Shown here: one piece after another, positions 9,565 through 18,084 of the stretch
How positions within the stretch are numbered: position 1 is the first letter of the stretch
How the letters are laid out: each line of letters opens with the position of its first letter
Source: Coriobacteriia bacterium
Lineage (GTDB): Bacteria; Actinomycetota; Coriobacteriia; Anaerosomatales; PALSA-660
Direction of reading: 5' to 3'
Length of the DNA: 59,650 nucleotides
NCBI GenBank assembly: GCA_036508075.1
Contig: DATCIA010000098.1
Coordinates: 1 to 59,650 of the forward strand
Program-made: the position numbers and the translations under genes
Notes under the pieces: generated by a model
What the model saw: only the letters and a program-made list of their open reading frames with translations
Told to the model about the DNA's origin: nothing
The model's database searches: none

Positions 9565-10902
9565 GTGCAGTTCTCCCCTGTGAGTTGTGAGCATCGCGAG
9601 ACGATGCTGCGCGCCGTGGGCGCGACCGAGATCGACGAGCTGTTCGAGTCCGTGCCCGAGGCCGTCAGGCTCGGGCGCCCGCTCGACCTGCCGGACGGTC
9701 TGACCGAGATGGAAACGGCCTTCGCGCTGCGCGCCCTGGCCGACGCAAACACACCGGCGACCGCGCTGGTCTCGTTCGCCGGCGCGGGCTGCTACGACCA
9801 CTACGTGCCGGCGATCGTCGACCACGTGATCCGTCGGCCGGAGTTCTTCACCGCCTACACGCCGTACCAGCCCGAGGTCAGCCAGGGAACCCTCCAGAAC
9901 ATCTACGAGTTCCAGACGATGATCTGCGAGTTGACGGGCATGGATGTCGCCAACGCATCGATGTACGACGGCGCCACGGCGTTCGTCGAGGCGGCGCTGA
10001 TGGCGTCGCGCGTCACGAAGCGCCACAAGGTCGTCGTTGCGGGCTCGGTGCACCCCGAGTGGCGGGTCGTGCTCCGCACCTACGCCGCGTCGGGCAACAT
10101 CGAGGTCGTCACGTGCCCGGTCGCCGACGGGACCGTCGCGGTCGCGGCCGCCGCCGCCTTGATGGACGACTCGACCGCTGCCCTGCTCGTGTCCTCACCG
10201 AACTTCCTCGGTCATCTCGAGGACCTTGCCGCCCTGGGCGAGGTCGCCCACGCGGCCGGGGCGCTGTTCGTCGTCTCCGTGAACCCGATCCTGTCCGGCG
10301 TGCTCGAGCCGCCTTCATCGTTCGGCGCCGACATCGTGGTCGGCGAGGGACAGCCGTTGGGCAACCCGATGTCGCTGGGAGGGCCCGGTCTCGGGTTCTT
10401 CGCGTGCCGCGACGCGCATCTGCGCCAGCTGCCGGGCCGCATCGTCGGCCGTACGGTCGACGTCGACGGCAGGGGAGCGTTCGTCCTCACCATGCAGACC
10501 CGCGAGCAGCACATACGCCGTGAGCGGGCGACGAGCAACATCTGCTCCAACCACGCCCTCAACGCGCTCGCCGCCGCGGTCTACCTGTCGGCCGTCGGTG
10601 TCGAGGGGCTGGCGGGCGTGGGCCGGGCCTGCGTCGCCAAGGCGCACTACCTGCGCGACGCGCTGCTCTCCACCGGCACGTTCGATGCCCCGTACTCCGC
10701 TCCCTTCGCCCACGAGTTCGCCCTTCGCTACAAGGGAGACCCCTCGGTGATGCACTCCGAGATGCTCGGCCGGGGCTTCCTGGCCGGTGTGGACCTGGGC
10801 ACGATCGATCCCGGCATGGACGGCCTCGTGCTGTTCGCGGTGACCGAGAAGCGCACCATGGCCGAGATGGACGCGTTCGTGGGGGAGGTGGCGTCCCTGT
10901 GA
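9565..10902 (+). CDS. gcvPA: glycine dehydrogenase (decarboxylating) subunit 1
   Basis: 445 aa with a split P-protein N-terminal half pattern (..FTAYTPYQPEVSQGTLQ..EFQTMICELTGMDVANASMYDG..). Confidence 0.95.
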   Translation: MQFSPVSCEHRETMLRAVGATEIDELFESVPEAVRLGRPLDLPDGLTEMETAFALRALADANTPATALVSFAGAGCYDHYVPAIVDHVIRRPEFFTAYTPYQPEVSQGTLQNIYEFQTMICELTGMDVANASMYDGATAFVEAALMASRVTKRHKVVVAGSVHPEWRVVLRTYAASGNIEVVTCPVADGTVAVAAAAALMDDSTAALLVSSPNFLGHLEDLAALGEVAHAAGALFVVSVNPILSGVLEPPSSFGADIVVGEGQPLGNPMSLGGPGLGFFACRDAHLRQLPGRIVGRTVDVDGRGAFVLTMQTREQHIRRERATSNICSNHALNALAAAVYLSAVGVEGLAGVGRACVAKAHYLRDALLSTGTFDAPYSAPFAHEFALRYKGDPSVMHSEMLGRGFLAGVDLGTIDPGMDGLVLFAVTEKRTMAEMDAFVGEVASL

Positions 10903-12401
10903 CCGCCGAAGACGCTCGATTCCCGAAGGGTGCTCCCGCCCGCGGCCCGCGAGCCCTGATCTTCGAGACCGGCTCTCCCGAGTCGCGCTGCGTCCTGGCG
11001 CCCGAACTCGACGTGCCGGACGTCTCGCTGGACACCGCGCTGGCCGGATGCGCCCGCGTGCAGGCGCCCGCGCTGCCCCATGTGACCGAGGGCGAGATCG
11101 CGCGGCACTACCACCACCTTGCCAGCATGAACTTCGGTGTCGACTCCGGATCCTACCCGCTGGGCTCCTGCACCATGAAGTACAACCCGAGGCTGAACGA
11201 GGATGTCTGCCGACTCGAGGGCTTCGCCGGCCTTCACCCGTACCAGCCGGTCGGCACCATCCAGGGCGCGCTGGAGCTGATGGTCGGTCTCGCCGACGCG
11301 CTCGCCGAGATCACCGGTCTTCCGGGCGTGACGTTGCAGCCGGCTGCGGGCGCACACGGTGAGTTCACCGCGATGATGATGTTCCGCGCCTACCACGCCG
11401 CGAAGGGCGACGTGCGCAAGCGCATCGTCATCCCCGATGCCGCGCACGGGACCAACCCCGCGAGCGTGGCGATGGCAGGCTACGAGGTCACCACGATCGC
11501 GAGTGATGCCAACGGTGCGGTCGATCTGGACGCCCTGAAAGCCGCGCTCGATACCGACGTGGCCGCATTCATGCTCACCAACCCCAACACGCTCGGGCTG
11601 TTCGACCCCAACATCGTGGCGATCACCGAGGCCGTTCACGCGGTCGGCGCGCTGGCGTACTGTGACGGCGCGAACATGAACGCCATCATGGGCAAGGCGC
11701 GCCCGGGCGACATGGGTTTCGACGCGATGCACATCAACCTCCACAAGACGTTCAGCACGCCGCACGGTGGAGGCGGACCCGGCGCCGGACCGGTCTGTGT
11801 GACCGCGGCGCTGACGCCGTTCCTGCCCGGCCCGCTGCCCGTGCGCCTCGACGACGGGACCTTCTCCGTCGGCTGGACCGACCGGTCGATCGGCCGGGTC
11901 CGCTCCTCGTTCGGCAACTTCGGCGTGTTCGTGCGCGCGTATGCGTACATCCTGGCGCTGGGCGGCGACGGTCTGCGCGCCGCCAGCGAGCAGGCTGTGC
12001 TCTCCGCGAACTACATGAAGGAGAAGTTGAAGGGCACCTATCCGTTGCCCTACGACCGTCCCTGCATGCACGAGTTCGTGCTCTCGGGTTCGCGTCTGCG
12101 CAAGGAGCACGGCGTCCACACGCTCGACGTGGCCAAGCGTCTGCTCGACTACGGCATGCATCCGCCGACCATCTACTTCCCGCTGCTCGTCGACGAGTCG
12201 ATCATGTTCGAGCCGACCGAGACCGAGTCGCTCGAGGACCTCGACCGGATGATCGATGTCATGCTGACGATCGCCGGCGAGGCGGCCTCCGATCCGGACC
12301 TGCTCCACGGCGCTCCCTACAGCACGCCGGTCCGGCGCCTCGACGAGGCCCGTGCGGTCAAACAGCCCGACTTGCGGTGGCGGCCTTCGAGCGCTCGGTA
12401 G
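10899..12401 (+). CDS. gcvPB: glycine dehydrogenase (decarboxylating) subunit 2
   Basis: 500 aa. PLP-lysine region NLHKTFSTPHGGGGPG. GTGA overlap with the gcvPA stop. Confidence 0.95.
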   Translation: MTAEDARFPKGAPARGPRALIFETGSPESRCVLAPELDVPDVSLDTALAGCARVQAPALPHVTEGEIARHYHHLASMNFGVDSGSYPLGSCTMKYNPRLNEDVCRLEGFAGLHPYQPVGTIQGALELMVGLADALAEITGLPGVTLQPAAGAHGEFTAMMMFRAYHAAKGDVRKRIVIPDAAHGTNPASVAMAGYEVTTIASDANGAVDLDALKAALDTDVAAFMLTNPNTLGLFDPNIVAITEAVHAVGALAYCDGANMNAIMGKARPGDMGFDAMHINLHKTFSTPHGGGGPGAGPVCVTAALTPFLPGPLPVRLDDGTFSVGWTDRSIGRVRSSFGNFGVFVRAYAYILALGGDGLRAASEQAVLSANYMKEKLKGTYPLPYDRPCMHEFVLSGSRLRKEHGVHTLDVAKRLLDYGMHPPTIYFPLLVDESIMFEPTETESLEDLDRMIDVMLTIAGEAASDPDLLHGAPYSTPVRRLDEARAVKQPDLRWRPSSAR

Positions 12402-12418
12402 CGGAGGCTCCCCGAAAC

Positions 12419-13210
12419 GTGTCCGACCCCATTTGGCGTCTCATCATCGACGGCCCGGTCCCGGGAGCCATGAACATGGCTCTCGACCGGGTCGTTCTTG
12501 CGCGCCGGAGCATCGGGGACGCCCCTCCGACGCTGCGGCTCTACCGCTGGGAGCTCCCGACGGTCAGTCTCGGGCGCTTCCAGGGCGTCGACCAGGTGGA
12601 TCTGGCCGCCTGCGCGCGCCGCGGGTTCGACGTCGTGCGCCGTCCCACCGGGGGCAGGGGAGTGCTGCACGATGACGAGCTCACCTACAGCATCGTCGCG
12701 GGGACCGCAGACGGCGTCCCGCGCGGTGTCACCGCCTCCTATCGCCACCTCTCGGCGGCGCTGGCGGCGGCGTATCTGAGCCTCGGCGTGCCGGCGGAGG
12801 TCACCGCCCGCTCGCGAGGGGAGAAGGGCGCCGGCTCCTGCTACCTGCACGCCACTCCCGCCGACCTGTCGCTCGGTGCCGCGAAGCTGTCCGGGAGCGC
12901 CCAGGTGTGGAAGGACGAGGCCGTGCTCCAGCACGGATGCTTCGTGATCTCGCGCGACGTGGATGCCGAGGCTGAGGTCTTCCGGCTCGATGACAGGCGC
13001 CGCACCGCCCTGGGGAAGACCACGGCGACCCTCGCGGAGGCGATGGGCTCCGCACCGTCGGTCGATGCCGTGGCCGCCGCGGTGGTCGCGGCCGTCGAAC
13101 GGGTGCTCGGGGTGGCTCTCGAGCCCGGCTCCTTCACCGACGAGGAACGGGATTCCGCCGCCGTGCTGGCCCCCGAACACGTTGTCCAGTCGGCACGGCG
13201 CGGGGCATAG
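12419..13210 (+). CDS. lipoate-protein ligase / octanoyltransferase family protein (catalytic domain only)
   Basis: WRLIIDG..GAMNMALDRVVL..PTLRLYRW..PTVSLGRFQ..RRPTGGRGVLHDDELTYS..AAKLSGSAQVW. Start set to GTG 12419 (GCGGAGG 11 nt upstream). The ORF-track start 12377 overlaps gcvPB by 25 nt. Confidence 0.8.
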   Translation: MSDPIWRLIIDGPVPGAMNMALDRVVLARRSIGDAPPTLRLYRWELPTVSLGRFQGVDQVDLAACARRGFDVVRRPTGGRGVLHDDELTYSIVAGTADGVPRGVTASYRHLSAALAAAYLSLGVPAEVTARSRGEKGAGSCYLHATPADLSLGAAKLSGSAQVWKDEAVLQHGCFVISRDVDAEAEVFRLDDRRRTALGKTTATLAEAMGSAPSVDAVAAAVVAAVERVLGVALEPGSFTDEERDSAAVLAPEHVVQSARRGA

Positions 13211-13320
13211 ACCTACAGTTAACGTCGAGACAGCCGGAACCTCCGCCGGAACCCTCGGGAAGCCCTCGCGTGACAGCCCTCGGTGGTACACTTCGACCAG
13301 AGCCTCGAAGAGGAGACGCC

Positions 13321-13632
13321 ATGCAGGATCCCGTTGGTTTCGGTGACGAAGCGCTGCTCAATCTGAGCGAGAAGAGCAACGACGAGCTGCGCACTCTGCT
13401 GGACCAGCTGTCGGCTGAAGAAGACGACCTCAGCTACCGCCGACGCGTGCTCCACGGGCGCATCGACATCCTCCGAGCGGAGCTCGTCCACCGCATCGCG
13501 GATGGACGGCGTGAGCCCCACGATGTCATCTCGGGCACCGACCTGGACCGCCTCATCGCGATCCTCGCCAGCGACCTGCGGGCCACGGCTCCGATCCGCC
13601 CCGAGGACACCGAAACGGACGACGAAGAGTAG
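13321..13632 (+). CDS. small coiled-coil protein, RsiG-like (single E-x3-S-x2-R-x3-H-x3-D motif)
   Basis: ATG 13321 follows AGGAGA. 103 aa, helical with an acidic tail. EDDLSYRRRVLHGRIDILRAEL matches the RsiG c-di-GMP-binding motif except Q->H. The CDS is solid; the function is inferred. Confidence 0.7.
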   Translation: MQDPVGFGDEALLNLSEKSNDELRTLLDQLSAEEDDLSYRRRVLHGRIDILRAELVHRIADGRREPHDVISGTDLDRLIAILASDLRATAPIRPEDTETDDEE

Positions 13633-13651
13633 ACCCTGCAAGGAGGACATC

Positions 13652-13912
13652 TTGGCCGATCTTTCCGCTTCCATCCGCGCGTTCCTGAAGGAGCTCGCCA
13701 CCGACGAGCTCGAGGAGCGCGTGATCGAGTACGTGGTCCGTGAGGTCGGCAACGGCCGCAAGCTCGAAGAGGCGCTCAACGACCCGTACGTGCGCAACCG
13801 CCTCAGCGAGGAGAAGCTCCGCCACGTGCTCGAGACACCCGAGGTCATCTCCGCCGTCGAGAGCAGCATCACCTCGGCGTTCAAGAGCAAGGACTTCGGC
13901 TTCACCGACTGA
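13652..13912 (+). CDS. hypothetical 86-aa helical protein
   Basis: TTG 13652 lies 5 nt after a perfect AGGAGG (13641-13646). Normal amino-acid composition (LADLSASIRAFLKELATDELEERVIEYVVREVGNGRK..). No motif recognised. Confidence 0.6.
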   Translation: MADLSASIRAFLKELATDELEERVIEYVVREVGNGRKLEEALNDPYVRNRLSEEKLRHVLETPEVISAVESSITSAFKSKDFGFTD

Positions 13913-13938
13913 CCGGCCCACCAGGATCGGACGTAGGC

Positions 13939-14385
13939 ATGAACAGATGCCCGGCATGTGACACCGAGGTTCCCGCCGACGCGACGGTCTGCCCGTCGTG
14001 CAGGGAGTCGCTTCCCGAGCGCACCGCGTCGTTCGCGCCGGTCGGCGAGACGACCGAGGTAGCCGTCGTGCAGCCACCCGCCGCCGACGGTCCGCTGCTG
14101 GTCGTGCGCAAGGGTCCTGAGGTGGGGGAGCGCTTCTACCTCGACCGGCCCCGCCTGACCATCGGCCGCGATCCGGGGGCCGACATCTTCCTCAACGACA
14201 TCACGGTCTCGCGCGCTCACGCGACGCTGGTCGTCTCCGCCGGGGAGGTCACCGTCGAGGACGCGGGTTCGCTCAACGGCGTGTACGTCAACGGCGTGAG
14301 CGTCGACCGCGCCGTGCTGCGCACCGGTGACCAGGTACAGATCGGACGGTTCCAGATGGTGTTCATGTCGGGAGGGGCGGAATGA
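13939..14385 (+). CDS. FHA-domain protein, GarA/OdhI-like, with N-terminal CxxC-x11-CxxC zinc ribbon
   Basis: FHA core LLVVRKGPEVGERFYLDRPRLTIGRDPGADIFLNDITVSRAHA...GSLNGVYVNG..GDQVQIGRFQMVF closely resembles mycobacterial GarA as I recall it. N-terminus has CPACDTEVPADATVCPSC plus GETTEVAVV. Confidence 0.9.
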   Translation: MNRCPACDTEVPADATVCPSCRESLPERTASFAPVGETTEVAVVQPPAADGPLLVVRKGPEVGERFYLDRPRLTIGRDPGADIFLNDITVSRAHATLVVSAGEVTVEDAGSLNGVYVNGVSVDRAVLRTGDQVQIGRFQMVFMSGGAE

Positions 14386-15095
14386 CCGTGTCGCGCAGCC
14401 GTGACTACATGACGATCGGCGAACTGGTCGAGAGCCTGACGCCGGCGCACCCGGATCTGACCATCAGCAAGGTGCGCTTCCTCGAGGACGAGGGGCTCGT
14501 CACACCCGAGCGGACGGCCGGAGGCTACCGGAAGTTCTCGACCGCCGATGTCGCCCGGGTCGACCTGATCGTCCGTCTGCAGAAGGAGCACTTCCTGCCG
14601 CTTGCGATCATCCGCGAGAAGCTCAAGGACTTCGACAAGGGGAAGGTCCCCGAAGAGCTCCGGCCGATGGTCACGCGTCCCGAGGCGGTGGCTCAGCCGT
14701 TCGATCAGTCCGAGGCCGTGCCCCTGGAGGACATCCCGTCCGCACTCGGGTTCCCGGTCTCGTTCGTCCGTGAGCTGGCGGAGTTCGGCCTCGTCAAGCT
14801 CGGCAAGGGGGAGCGCGGCGACGACTTGCCGCGTGGGGACGTCGCTATCGCGCACACGTGCTGGGACATGCGGGCCTTCGGGATAGACCCGCGCCACTTG
14901 CGGATGTACGCGAGCGCGGCCGACCGCGAGGCGGACCTGTTCAAGCAGATCCTGATGCCCGGTTACCGTCACCGCACCCCCGAGACCCGTCAGAAGCTGG
15001 TCGACTCGGTGTCCGAGCTCATGAGGCTTACCGACGATCTGAAGCGCGGGCTCGCCCGGCGCGCGGTCGCCGATACGTTCGAGGACGTGGTGTAG
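14382..15095 (+). CDS. MerR-family regulator, Rv1828 / Cg1631 (FtsR)-like
   Basis: MTIGELVESL..ISKVRFLEDEGLVTPERTAGGYRKFSTADVARVDLIVRLQKEHFLPLAIIREKL. ATGA overlap with the FHA gene. Same FHA-MerR pairing as garA-Rv1828. Confidence 0.9.
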   Translation: MTVSRSRDYMTIGELVESLTPAHPDLTISKVRFLEDEGLVTPERTAGGYRKFSTADVARVDLIVRLQKEHFLPLAIIREKLKDFDKGKVPEELRPMVTRPEAVAQPFDQSEAVPLEDIPSALGFPVSFVRELAEFGLVKLGKGERGDDLPRGDVAIAHTCWDMRAFGIDPRHLRMYASAADREADLFKQILMPGYRHRTPETRQKLVDSVSELMRLTDDLKRGLARRAVADTFEDVV

Positions 15096-15103
15096 TCCAA
15101 GCG

Positions 15104-15526
15104 ATGACCGCATCACTCTCCACATCGTCGCCCGCTGACGGGCTGCCGGTCTCCGAGCGCGTTGCCGCGACCGACTTCGCGCATCCGTCCGAGAAGGTCG
15201 CGGCGCAGATCCTCGACTTCTACGGCATCCGCTGGGAGTACGAGCCGACGACGTTCCCCATCGAGTGGAGCGCGGCGGGCGACGTGATCGCGTCGTTCTC
15301 GCCGGACTTCTACATGCCCGATTTCGACCTCTACATCGAGTTGACGACCATGTCGCAGAAGCTCGTGACGAAGAAGAACCGCAAGGTCAGGCGTCTTCGC
15401 GAGCTCTATCCGGACGTCAACATCAAGATCTTCTACCAGAAGGACTTCCGCGCGTTGTGCTTCAAGTACGGTCTGGCCTATCCGCAGGGCGCCAAGACCC
15501 CCCGCAGCGCGGGGAGCACCGGGTGA
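15104..15526 (+). CDS. hypothetical protein with PD-(D/E)XK-like (TnsA/Vsr-type) sequence pattern
   Basis: ORF 14858..15526 trimmed to ATG 15104 (8 nt after the MerR stop). ..ILDFYGIRWEYEPTTFPIEW...FSPDFYMPDFDLYIELTT..KKNRK.. resembles a restriction-endonuclease-fold core. Confidence 0.65.
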   Translation: MTASLSTSSPADGLPVSERVAATDFAHPSEKVAAQILDFYGIRWEYEPTTFPIEWSAAGDVIASFSPDFYMPDFDLYIELTTMSQKLVTKKNRKVRRLRELYPDVNIKIFYQKDFRALCFKYGLAYPQGAKTPRSAGSTG

Positions 15527-16101
15527 TGATCGCGCCGCCGCCGCGCGGCGCGCCGCCCCAGGTGTCGGGGGTCCTGCTCGACGAAGAGACCATCGCCGCG
15601 CGCGTCGCGGAACTCGGAGCAGCCATCACGTCGGACTACGCCGGCCGCGAGGTCGTGCTCGTCACGCTGCTGCGCGGAGGGTTGTACTTCCTGGCGGACC
15701 TGTGCCGGGCGATCGACGGCGAGACGCGGCTCGACTTCATCGCCATCAGCGCGTACGGGTCGGAATCCCACCCCGCCGGTGGTGTGCGCATCACCAAGGA
15801 CCTGGACGAGAACATCGAGGGCGCCCACGTGCTCGTGGTCGAGGACATCATCGACACGGGCCTGACGCTGAACTATCTGCTCGGTGTGCTGCGGTCGCGC
15901 AAGCCTGCGAGCCTCGAGGTCGCGGTGCTTCTCGACCGCGACCAGCGTCGCATCGCCGACCTGCCCATCACCTACCGGGGGTTCCGGATGCCCGACACGT
16001 TCGCGGTCGGCTACGGCCTCGATCTGGCGGGGAGGTTCCGCAATCTGCGCTACCTCGGCGTGCTCTCGGATGAGGCGCGGGTTGAGGCGGGGCTGGAATA
16101 G
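15526..16101 (+). CDS. hpt: hypoxanthine phosphoribosyltransferase
   Basis: ORF 15265..16101 trimmed to ATG 15526, which overlaps the upstream TGA by 1 nt. PRPP loop VLVVEDIIDTGLTL. C-terminal FAVGYGLD..RNL. Confidence 0.9.
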   Translation: MIAPPPRGAPPQVSGVLLDEETIAARVAELGAAITSDYAGREVVLVTLLRGGLYFLADLCRAIDGETRLDFIAISAYGSESHPAGGVRITKDLDENIEGAHVLVVEDIIDTGLTLNYLLGVLRSRKPASLEVAVLLDRDQRRIADLPITYRGFRMPDTFAVGYGLDLAGRFRNLRYLGVLSDEARVEAGLE

Positions 16102-16208
16102 CCAGCAGCAGCTCCTCGCCCTCGCAGATCGTGCCTGCGCCGATTCCGGCGTGTGCTACCCTGCAAGCCGCCAGCGCTAGCGCTCGAACCAACGACCGGG
16201 AGGCCCGC

Positions 16209-16724
16209 GTGAACCTCGAGTCCTACATCCGCGACATCAACGATTTCCCCAAGCCGGGGATCGTGTTCAAGGACATCACACCGTTGCTCGCGAGCCCCGA
16301 GGGATTCCGCGAGGCCATCGAGATGCTGGCCCTGCCGTTCGATGACGCGAGCGTCACCAAGGTGCTCGGAGCCGAGGCGCGCGGGTTCATCCTGGGCGGC
16401 GCGCTCGCTCTTCGCCTCAACGCCGGCTTCATCCCGGCCCGGAAGCCGGGCAAGCTCCCCTGGAACACCACCAGCGCGGAATACGCGCTCGAGTACGGTA
16501 CCGACGAGCTCGAGATGCACACCGATGCCGTGGGCCCCGGGGACCGGGTCCTGATCGTCGATGATGTCCTTGCCACCGGAGGCACCGCCGCGGCCAAGGC
16601 CGAGCTGGTGACCGGCAGCGGTGCCGAGGTCGTCGGCTTCACGTTCCTGATGGAGCTCGACTTCCTGCACGGGCGCGACAAGCTTGGCGATCACACCATC
16701 GTCTCCCTGATGCACGTCGAGTAA
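16209..16724 (+). CDS. apt: adenine phosphoribosyltransferase
   Basis: GTG 16209 follows GGGAGG. IRDINDFPKPGIVFKDITPLL.. and VLIVDDVLATGGTA. Confidence 0.95.
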   Translation: MNLESYIRDINDFPKPGIVFKDITPLLASPEGFREAIEMLALPFDDASVTKVLGAEARGFILGGALALRLNAGFIPARKPGKLPWNTTSAEYALEYGTDELEMHTDAVGPGDRVLIVDDVLATGGTAAAKAELVTGSGAEVVGFTFLMELDFLHGRDKLGDHTIVSLMHVE

Positions 16725-16727
16725 GGC

Positions 16728-16748
16728 CGCGACCCGTCTTGGGTCGCG
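16728..16748 (+). terminator. stem-loop 4 nt after the apt stop (CGCGACCC-gtctt-GGGTCGCG)
   Basis: 8-bp GC stem seen directly in the sequence. No U-tract, as is common in high-GC genomes. Confidence 0.45.
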
Positions 16749-16874
16749 CTCCGGACACCGGTCTCCCCGAGCCACGGTGGTATCATCAGGCGAGCGCACC
16801 GCGGGCTCGCAGCGCGACCGCACGTAACCCTTCACGCAGCCGGTCGTCCGTCCATCAACGGGGGTTGTGAGCAG

Positions 16875-17987
16875 GTGCGACGCATCGCCGGCCATCCGGC
16901 CGCATCGTCTTGGATAGCATGTGCACTCGCCGTGTGCATGGTTGCCGCGCCCGCCCTCGCGTTCGCCGCGCCCACCAACGCCAAGATCCGCGCGAAGCAG
17001 GCCGAGGCCGCCGCCGCGCAGAGCAAGCTCCAGGACCTCAACGACGACCTCGAGTTGAAGCGTACCGACCTCGAGGCCGTGAACGCGGCTCTCCAGCTGA
17101 CGCGCGATCAGATCGGCGTGACGGAGGCCGAACTCCAGAAGGCGCAGGCAGGCTTCGAGGAGTCGGAGGCGCGTCTGGCCGACCGCGCCGATGTCATGTA
17201 CCGCAGCGGCTCCGTGGACCTGCTGTCCGTCCTGCTGGGCACGTCCACCTTCGAGGACTTCGTCACCCGGCTCGACCTTCTCAACCGCATCACGACCTCC
17301 GACGCCGAGCTCGTCGCGGAGGTCGAGGCGAACCGGAACCGGGTCGCCGACGCTCGGGCGTCGCTGCAGAACCGCGAGTCCGAGGAAGTCGCGCTCCGGT
17401 CGCAAGCTCAGGCGGCGACGGCACTCGTCACCGCCGCGGTCGCCAAGCAGGCGGCGTACGTCACGTCGCTCACCGCTGAGATCAAGACCCTGATGAAGCA
17501 GGAGGCGGATCGTCAGGCCGCCATCGCCGCAGAACTCGCGCGACGGGCGACGGAGGCGGCTTCGCATCCGTCGACGCGGCCCAACGACGCCGGGTCGCTT
17601 GGTGACTCGCACTCCGCCGCTGCCGCCGCGGCGAAGCGCTATCTGGGCGTCCCGTATCTGTGGGGCGGGACCACACCCGCAGGCTTCGACTGCTCGGGCC
17701 TGTGTCAGTACGCGTACCGGCAGATCGGCATCGACATCCCCAGGACGAGCCGCGTCCAGTTCACGACGGGCCAGTTCATCCCGCCGTCGAGGACCGACCT
17801 GCTCGAGCCGGGCGACCTCGTGTTCTTCGCATACGGCGGCGATCCCACGAAGATCCATCACGTCGGCATGTACGTCGGCGGGGGAGTCTTCATCCACGCT
17901 CCGGGGACCGGGGACCATGTGAAGTACTCGTCGCTGACCGACCGTATCAGCACGCGCAGGGACTACGTGGGCGCGGTCCGCCCGTAG
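16875..17987 (+). CDS. secreted NlpC/P60 peptidoglycan hydrolase with N-terminal coiled coil (RipA/PcsB-like)
   Basis: Signal peptide; long Q/A/E coiled coil; C-terminal catalytic pattern GFDCSGLCQYAY...HHVGMYVGGGVFIHAP. Confidence 0.9.
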   Translation: MRRIAGHPAASSWIACALAVCMVAAPALAFAAPTNAKIRAKQAEAAAAQSKLQDLNDDLELKRTDLEAVNAALQLTRDQIGVTEAELQKAQAGFEESEARLADRADVMYRSGSVDLLSVLLGTSTFEDFVTRLDLLNRITTSDAELVAEVEANRNRVADARASLQNRESEEVALRSQAQAATALVTAAVAKQAAYVTSLTAEIKTLMKQEADRQAAIAAELARRATEAASHPSTRPNDAGSLGDSHSAAAAAAKRYLGVPYLWGGTTPAGFDCSGLCQYAYRQIGIDIPRTSRVQFTTGQFIPPSRTDLLEPGDLVFFAYGGDPTKIHHVGMYVGGGVFIHAPGTGDHVKYSSLTDRISTRRDYVGAVRP

Positions 17988-18084
17988 CCCTCGCACGACC
18001 GTCGTCGCGATTGTCCTATAGTGGAATCCGTCGCACCCTCAGGCGGGGTATGACTCGTTCGCACACCCTTGTCGGAAGGACGCG

